64,000 bases of DNA, taken from positions 1 through 64,000 of the forward strand of contig CAXHJY010001521.1 of assembly GCA_964016885.1 (NCBI GenBank), in the 5' to 3' direction. How positions within the stretch are numbered: position 1 is the stretch's first letter; each line of letters opens with the position of its first letter. The notes below the pieces were generated by a model. The model did not search any database, was not told where the DNA came from, and worked only from the letters and a program-made list of their open reading frames with translations. A program made the position numbers and the translations under genes. Origin of the DNA: Eledone cirrhosa. Its lineage: Eukaryota. Shown piece after piece: positions 55,547-64,000 of this stretch.

Positions 55547-55913
55547 GATATGGTTTTATAAATATAGTTTCCATTTATTTAATATCGTATATATATATAT
55601 ATATATATGTATATATAAATATATATGTATTTGTTTTGTTATTATTTCTGGTAATATTATTACAACAATATGACCCTCCCCAAGTATAACAATATATATG
55701 TGTATATTCATATAAGTTTGGTGGTTCACCACTAGATAGAACTGGTCATTCCGTATTCATTTCAAATATCAAAATGAAGTAACGGAGTCAGAAAATCGCG
55801 TTCGTCCCTGTAATTCATGTGCTCAAAGGAAAAAGAATCCTGGGCTCTTCAAATATAATATGGAGAAGAAAACGCTCGAGATAGAGTATGTGTTTATCAA
55901 GTTACAGGGACAC

Positions 55914-55986
55914 CACTAGCGTATGGAACTTATAAACTAAGAAAGGTACCTCACCTTTCTTAGTTTATAAATTCCATAGGCTAGTG
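55914..55986. repeat. Short foldback hairpin
   Basis: CTAGCGTATGGAACTTATAAACTAAGAAAGGT / ACCTTTCTTAGTTTATAAATTCCATAGGCTAG. Confidence 0.85.
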
Positions 55987-56015
55987 ATATGATATCCTCT
56001 GTAACCTGATAAACC

Positions 56016-56076
<61 letters not shown>

Positions 56077-56079
<3 letters not shown>

Positions 56080-56227
56080 GTTTCTACTTTTGGCATAAGG
56101 CCAGCAATTACCCCCAGTGCTTTACCGACCCCGTAAGGATGAAAGGCAAAGTTAACCTCGGCGGGATTTGAACTCAGAATGGCAAGGGCCGTAACTCAAT
56201 GCGTCAAAGCATGGCGTCCGACCCTCT
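56077..56227 (-). mobile_element. Meta-domain SINE
   Basis: Nearly identical to 7150-7318. Confidence 0.85.
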
Positions 56228-56448
56228 ATATTTAATGAGTTGACGGACCCAGCATATTTATCAATGCCAGGACCGGTTGTATCTCAGCGCACTCAATAGG
56301 CAATGTAAGATACATTCCCAGAGTATACACACAGTCATTCGCTTCAATACAACACACGTAAAACGGGAGTCTATAATAGTTCCCGGACTCGAGTTTCGGC
56401 CACATCACATTTAATGCAGCAGTAGGGTGCACTGCACCCTCTGTCTGC

Positions 56449-56488
<40 letters not shown>

Positions 56489-56620
56489 AGTTATTTGTTT
56501 TGTTGATTATTCAACAAAGTTAATTTATAACAGATTAGAAGCACTCAACGGTATTTTTCCGGAGTATAATATCAATAATATTAATAAATAGAAAATACAG
56601 TATATTTATAAAGACATATT

Positions 56621-56681
56621 TATTTTATTATACATATTTCAAGGGTACCAATATTTTAGTACGCTTTCGTCAGATAAAATA
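56621..56681 (-). ncRNA. Minimal hammerhead ribozyme (family A, solo arm about 56485-56700)
   Basis: Reverse complement: TATTTTAT-CTGACGA-AAGcGTACTAA aata TTGGTACcCTT-GAAA-TATGTA-TA-ATAAAATA. Confidence 0.8.
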
Positions 56682-56748
56682 CAATATTTGGTTTAAAGAT
56701 AGTGACATATCTTCATTCGAACTTTATGTTATAAGTTCAGTGAAGATA

Positions 56749-56838
<90 letters not shown>

Positions 56839-56956
56839 ATTGTTTCTACTTTTGGCACAAGGCCAGCAAATTATCCAGTGTATTACTGGTACTTTATTTT
56901 ATCGACCCCGTAAGGATGAAAGGCAAAGTTAACCTCGGCGGGATTTGAACTCAGAT
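56839..56956 (-). mobile_element. Meta-domain SINE, 5' truncated
   Basis: Family match. Confidence 0.8.
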
Positions 56957-57339
56957 CATAAATATATAATGTATATATATATAAGCAGGAACGAAAATAA
57001 GGAAGTTTTCCCTTTATGTTGGTCAATTCATATTTCTATGGATTAAATATGCAATATATATACTTATACACACGTACATGTATATATAAAGAATCTGCAA
57101 TATACACACGTACATGTATATACAGTATATATAAAGAAATTCGTAGAAATAATTAGAAATTTCGAACGCAAGATTAGCTGTTAAAACAGACAAATACCGC
57201 CATTGACAGCGTGTAAGTCTAATTAAAATACCTCTAAGGCAGTATGTACCCAAGGTAAGGTCTGTCGAACACAAGGGTTTCACAAACGAGTGTCGGGGGA
57301 TTCCATGAAAAAAAGTAGAGGAGTATATTTATATTGTAT

Positions 57340-58625
<1,286 letters not shown>

Positions 58626-58859
58626 TTTTTTTAATATATATATATATGGAGAGATAGAGTGAGACAGATGGAAATGAGGAGATATAGAGGAAGAATCGAC
58701 CCCAGTACTAGACTGGTACTTTATATATCGAGGGATGACAGGCAAAGTTGACCTCGTCGGGATTTGACCTCAGGGCGCAGAGAGCCGGAACTACAACCAC
58801 AAGTATTCTACCCGACGTTCTTACCACTCTCACAATTCTCCACCCATATGTTTATATTC

Positions 58860-59062
58860 GTTCTTCTTTGGCCCCATTCGGTCACCAATGACCAGGGTTT
58901 TGCACCTAGAAAGTTTCACTCCCAGGTACAAGCCTGGGCGAGGTTTTTTGTGGAAGACCAGCAGTCGCCCATTCATACCAGTCTCCACCCCTCTCCACGC
59001 CACCGATGATGTCCAAGGGAAAGGTAATGGCCGATACAGCTTGACACCAGTGACATCACAAC
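58860..59062 (-). mobile_element. SINE body/tail fragment
   Basis: Right end is the reverse complement of 4864-4920. Confidence 0.6.
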
Positions 59063-60977
59063 TTTATATATACACTATATAATCAAAATATACATTCTGT
59101 ACTCAATATATATAGTCTATACTCTATATATACACTATATAATCAAAATATACATTCTGTACTCAATATATATAGTCTATACTCTATATATACACTATAT
59201 AATCAAAATATACATTCTATACACAAGATATATAGTCTATACTCTCTATATACACTATATAATCAAAATATACATTCTGTACTCAATATATACACTCTAT
59301 ACTCTATATATACACTGTATACTCAATATATACACTCTATTTTCAATATATACACTCTCTAAACTTAATATATACACACTATACTCTCTATATACACTAT
59401 ATACTCTATATATACACTCTCTATACTTAATATATACACACTATACTCTCTATATACACTATATACTCTATATATACACTCTCTATACTTAATATATACA
59501 CACTATACTCTCTATATACACTATATACTCAATATATACACTCTTTATACTTAATATATACACACTATACACACTATACTCTCTATATACACTATATACT
59601 CTATATATACACACTATACTCTCTATATACACTATATACTCTATATATACACTCTCTATATTTAATATATACACACTATACTCTCTATATACACTATATA
59701 CTCTATATATACACTCTCTATACTTAATATATACACACTATACTCTCTATGTACACTATATATACACTCTCTATATTTAATATATACACACTATACTCTC
59801 TATATACACTATATACTCTATATGTACACAATATACTCTCTATATACACTATATACTCTATATATACACTCTCCATACTTAATATATACACACTATACTC
59901 TCTATATACACTATATACTCTATATATACACAATATACTCTCTATATACACTATATACTCTATATATACACTCTCCATACTTAATATATACACACTATAC
60001 TCTCTATATACACTATATACTCTATATATACACACTATACTCTCTATATACACTATATACTCTATATATACACTCTCCATACTTAATATATACACACTAT
60101 ACTCTCTATATACACTATATACTCTATATATACACACTATACTCTCTATATACACTATATACTCTATATATACACTCTCTATACTTAATATATACACACT
60201 ATACTCTCTATATACACTATATACACTATATACTCTATATATACACTCTCTATATTTAATATATACACACTATACTCTCTATATACACTATATACTCTAT
60301 ATATACACTCTCTATACTTAATATATACACACTATACTCTCTATATACACTATATACTCTATATATACACTCTCCATACTTAATATATACACACTATACT
60401 CTCTATATACACTATATACTCTATATATACTCTCTCTATACTTAATATATACACACTATACTCTATATATACACTATATACTCTAGACATATACTCTCTA
60501 TATTTAATATATACACACTATACTCTATATATACACTATATACTCTCTATATACACTCTCTATACTTAATATATACACACTATACTCTATATATACACTA
60601 TATACTCTCTATATACTCTATATATATACACACTATACTCTCTATATACACTATATACTCTATATATACACTCTCTATACTTAATATATACACACTATAC
60701 TCTATATATACACTATATACTCTATATATACACTCTTTATACTTAATATATACACACTATACACACTATACTCTCTATATACACTATATACTCTATATAT
60801 ACACTCTCTATATTTAATATATACACACTATACTCTATATATACACTATATACTCTCTATATACACTATATACTCTATATATATACACACTATACTCTCT
60901 ATATACACTATATACTCTCTATATACACTATATACTCTATATATATACACACTATACTCTATATATACACTATATAT
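59063..60977. repeat. TACACTATATACTCTA-type minisatellite with higher-order periodicity
   Basis: 60-bp units at the start, then longer composite units. Confidence 0.95.
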
Positions 60978-61015
60978 ATAAGAAGAAATTAAAAGATGGT
61001 TAAAAAAGTTCCATG

Positions 61016-61086
61016 TATTTTATTATGCACATTTCAAAAACAAATATCATCCTGGAACGATATTTGCGTTCTCGTCAGATAAAATA
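61016..61086 (-). ncRNA. Minimal hammerhead ribozyme (family A2)
   Basis: Reverse complement: TATTTTAT-CTGACGA-GAAcGCAAATATC...GATATTTGTtTTT-GAAA-TGTGCA-TA-ATAAAATA. Confidence 0.78.
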
Positions 61087-61139
61087 GGACACTACTTTGC
61101 TCACAAGTGTTTCTTTTTAAGCTTCATATCATGTCTCCC

Positions 61140-61210
61140 TATTTTATCTGATGAGAACGAAAATATCGGCCCAGGATCATATTTGTTTTTGAAATGCGCA
61201 TAATAAAATA
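61140..61210 (+). ncRNA. Minimal hammerhead ribozyme (family A2)
   Basis: TATTTTAT-CTGATGA-...-GAAA-TGCGCA-TA-ATAAAATA; stem II weaker than in the mirror copy. Confidence 0.7.
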
Positions 61211-61401
61211 CATGGAACTTTTTTAACCATCTTTTACTTTTTTCTTATATATACTCCAGTCTAATAAACTGTTGAGTGCTACTTATCCGATATTTGCATT
61301 GCTTTATTGTGCTATGTGTGTTTGTGTATTTAGACTACCTTGATTAAATCTTAACCATTTAACATCTCAGGGTATGTCATGTATCATTATATTTTGTCTG
61401 A

Positions 61402-61587
61402 AGGGCGGTGGATTGGCAGTATCGGTAGAGGGTCGGACGCCATGCTTTCTAGCATAGTTACGCCCCTTTACGATCTGAGTTCAAATTCCGCCGAGGTTGA
61501 CTTTGCCTTTCATCCTTACGGGGTCGATAAAATAAAGTACCAGTAATGCACTGGGTAATTGCTGGCCTTGTGCCTAAAGTAGAAACA
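61402..61587 (+). mobile_element. Full-length Meta-domain SINE with 16-bp TSD
   Basis: TSD ATTATATTTTGTCTGA at 61386-61401 and 61588-61603. Confidence 0.9.
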
Positions 61588-61591
61588 ATTA

Positions 61592-61646
61592 TATTTTGTC
61601 TGATGAGGACGTACTGTTGTACCTCCGAAATATGTATAATAAAATG
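61592..61646 (+). ncRNA. Minimal hammerhead ribozyme (family A-related)
   Basis: TATTTTGT-CTGATGA-GGAcGTAC tgtt GTACcTCC-GAAA-TATGTA-TA-ATAAAATG. Confidence 0.82.
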
Positions 61647-61788
61647 TAATTGATCAAAAGAACATCTATTTTATTAATATTTGTATTTTAATATTAATAA
61701 CTCTGGAAAATTATTTACCGTAGAGTGCTTCCAATCTACTGTAAAACTCATTCTTTGATATACTCATTGAATATCGTTTAACACTTTA

Positions 61789-61853
<65 letters not shown>

Positions 61854-61953
61854 CAAATAACGAAACGAAATTAAATTTCGTTTCGTTTGTAACTCACTTT
61901 TGTATGACTGACGCTTAAACAATTAAGTTAAAATATATTTTAACTTAATTGTT

Positions 61954-62033
<80 letters not shown>

Positions 62034-62035
<2 letters not shown>

Positions 62036-62320
62036 ATTCTCAGACCGGGTGATGTGTTGTTTCCTTGAGCAAGACACTTTATTTCACATTGCTCCAGTTT
62101 ACTCAGCTGTAGAAATGAGATGATAGGGACTGAGGTCTTTATCATTCCACTGCAAAGTGGTCGTGGAGGTGCCACGGCAAAAAAGCACCCAGCACTCACT
62201 GTAAATGAGGTTGGTGTTAGGAAGGGCATCCAGCTGTAGAAATCAAGCCAGAATCAGTTCCCGTCCCACCCTTGCAAGCAGGGAAAAGCGGACGTAAAAT
62301 GAAATGAACAAATGAAATGA
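62034..62320 (+). mobile_element. CORE-type SINE, 5' truncated
   Basis: Matches 23910-24190. Confidence 0.85.
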
Positions 62321-62376
<56 letters not shown>

Positions 62377-62487
62377 CGTGCAAATTTGCGTGTATACACC
62401 TACACATCCACACATGCATATCCCAGTATATGCACAAACATTCACACACATATATATGCATATCCCCATGTATACACACACACGCAA

Positions 62488-62525
<38 letters not shown>

Positions 62526-62646
62526 ACATATCTGCGTGTATGCACACACGCATATTCCAGAATGATTTTGATGGCGTAAACAGAAATATTAGGGTGTGTG
62601 TATATATATATATATATATGTATATGTATGTATATGTGTATATATG

Positions 62647-62708
<62 letters not shown>

Positions 62709-63052
62709 CACACACACACATATGTGTGTGTGCATACATATATATGTATATACGTATATATATATATGTACATACATATATATGCATGTATATATATGTA
62801 TATGTATATGTATGTATATATATATGTATACATATATATATATATGTATATGTATGTATATATATATACATATATTTATATATATATATGTATATGTATG
62901 TATATATATATATATATATTTATATATGTATATATATATGTATGTATATATATGTATATACATATGTATGTATGTATATGTATATATGTATGTATATGTA
63001 TGTATATATATATATATAAATATATACACACATATACACGCATATATATATA

Positions 63053-63083
<31 letters not shown>

Positions 63084-63371
63084 CTATGTACAGACATGCA
63101 TACATATATATGAACATATATATATTTATATATATATATACATATATATATTTATATATATATATGTACATATATATATTTATATATATATATATACACA
63201 CATATATATATATACATATACACATATATATATATACATATACACATATATATATATATATATACATATATATACATATATATCCATATATATATACATA
63301 TACACATATATATATATATACATATATATATACATATATATATATACATACATATATATATACATATACAC

Positions 63372-63422
<51 letters not shown>

Positions 63423-63429
63423 CATATAC

Positions 63430-63474
<45 letters not shown>

Positions 63475-63920
63475 CATACACATTTATATATATACATATG
63501 TATATATACATACACATTTATATATACACATATATATATACACACATATATACATATACATATATATACACATATATATATACACACATATATACATATA
63601 CATATATATATATATGGTAATACGTTACTGAATACCGTTTCATCGTATTAATGACACCGACGCCAATGTATATAAAAAAATTGATTGTCTTAGTTGTTGT
63701 ATAGTGTTCACGTGAGAGAGTTGGCCGGGTGTCATATGACTGACAAATGTTCTTAGACGAGGCTCTGTCCTTCCAGCGTTCCTCTTCAGGCTTGTTAGAG
63801 ATTTTTGACACCAGGGATCTCAAAAAGGGCCGTTACATCCCGGGAGAAGAGACACGGCGACCAATAGTGACTTGTAGGGCTGGGCGTCATATATTTATAC
63901 ACATAAATGTATCTATATAA

Positions 63921-63978
<58 letters not shown>

Positions 63979-64000
63979 TGGAGGAGGTGAGTTTTATTGT

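Larger units (their letters stand above)
55137..55589. mobile_element. Foldback element family A with two HHRs
   Basis: Near-identical arms about 55223-55398 and 55414-55589; (TA)n flanks. Confidence 0.85.
60978..61315. mobile_element. Foldback element family A2 with two HHRs
   Basis: Arms about 60978-61089 and 61138-61250; right arm continues into the 3' tail. Confidence 0.85.

Overview
Eukaryotic, AT-rich intergenic or intronic DNA with no supportable host protein-coding gene. Almost all listed ORFs are translations of microsatellites. The repeat repertoire (huge (TA)n/(CA)n tracts, CORE-type and Meta-type tRNA-derived SINEs) resembles an octopus or other coleoid cephalopod genome; this is an inference. 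Between the microsatellites lie many short transposon relics: RTE, CR1-like and Tx1/L1-like LINE 3' ends, mariner/Tc1 pieces, non-autonomous Helitrons and several minisatellites. The main hidden signal is about 20 type I hammerhead ribozyme (HHR) motifs of the minimal form known from Penelope-like retroelements. Most sit in short ORF-less foldback elements embedded in (TA)n, always head-to-head (left copy on -, right copy on +), in at least five sequence families. Also notable are a Tx1-like LINE found only in (TATC)n repeats, a codon-contiguous twin-priming inversion of an RTE LINE, and a SINE inserted into a ribozyme whose 16-bp TSD rebuilds it. Everything was read by eye: boundaries are approximate, family names are unverified by database search, and ribozyme activity is untested.
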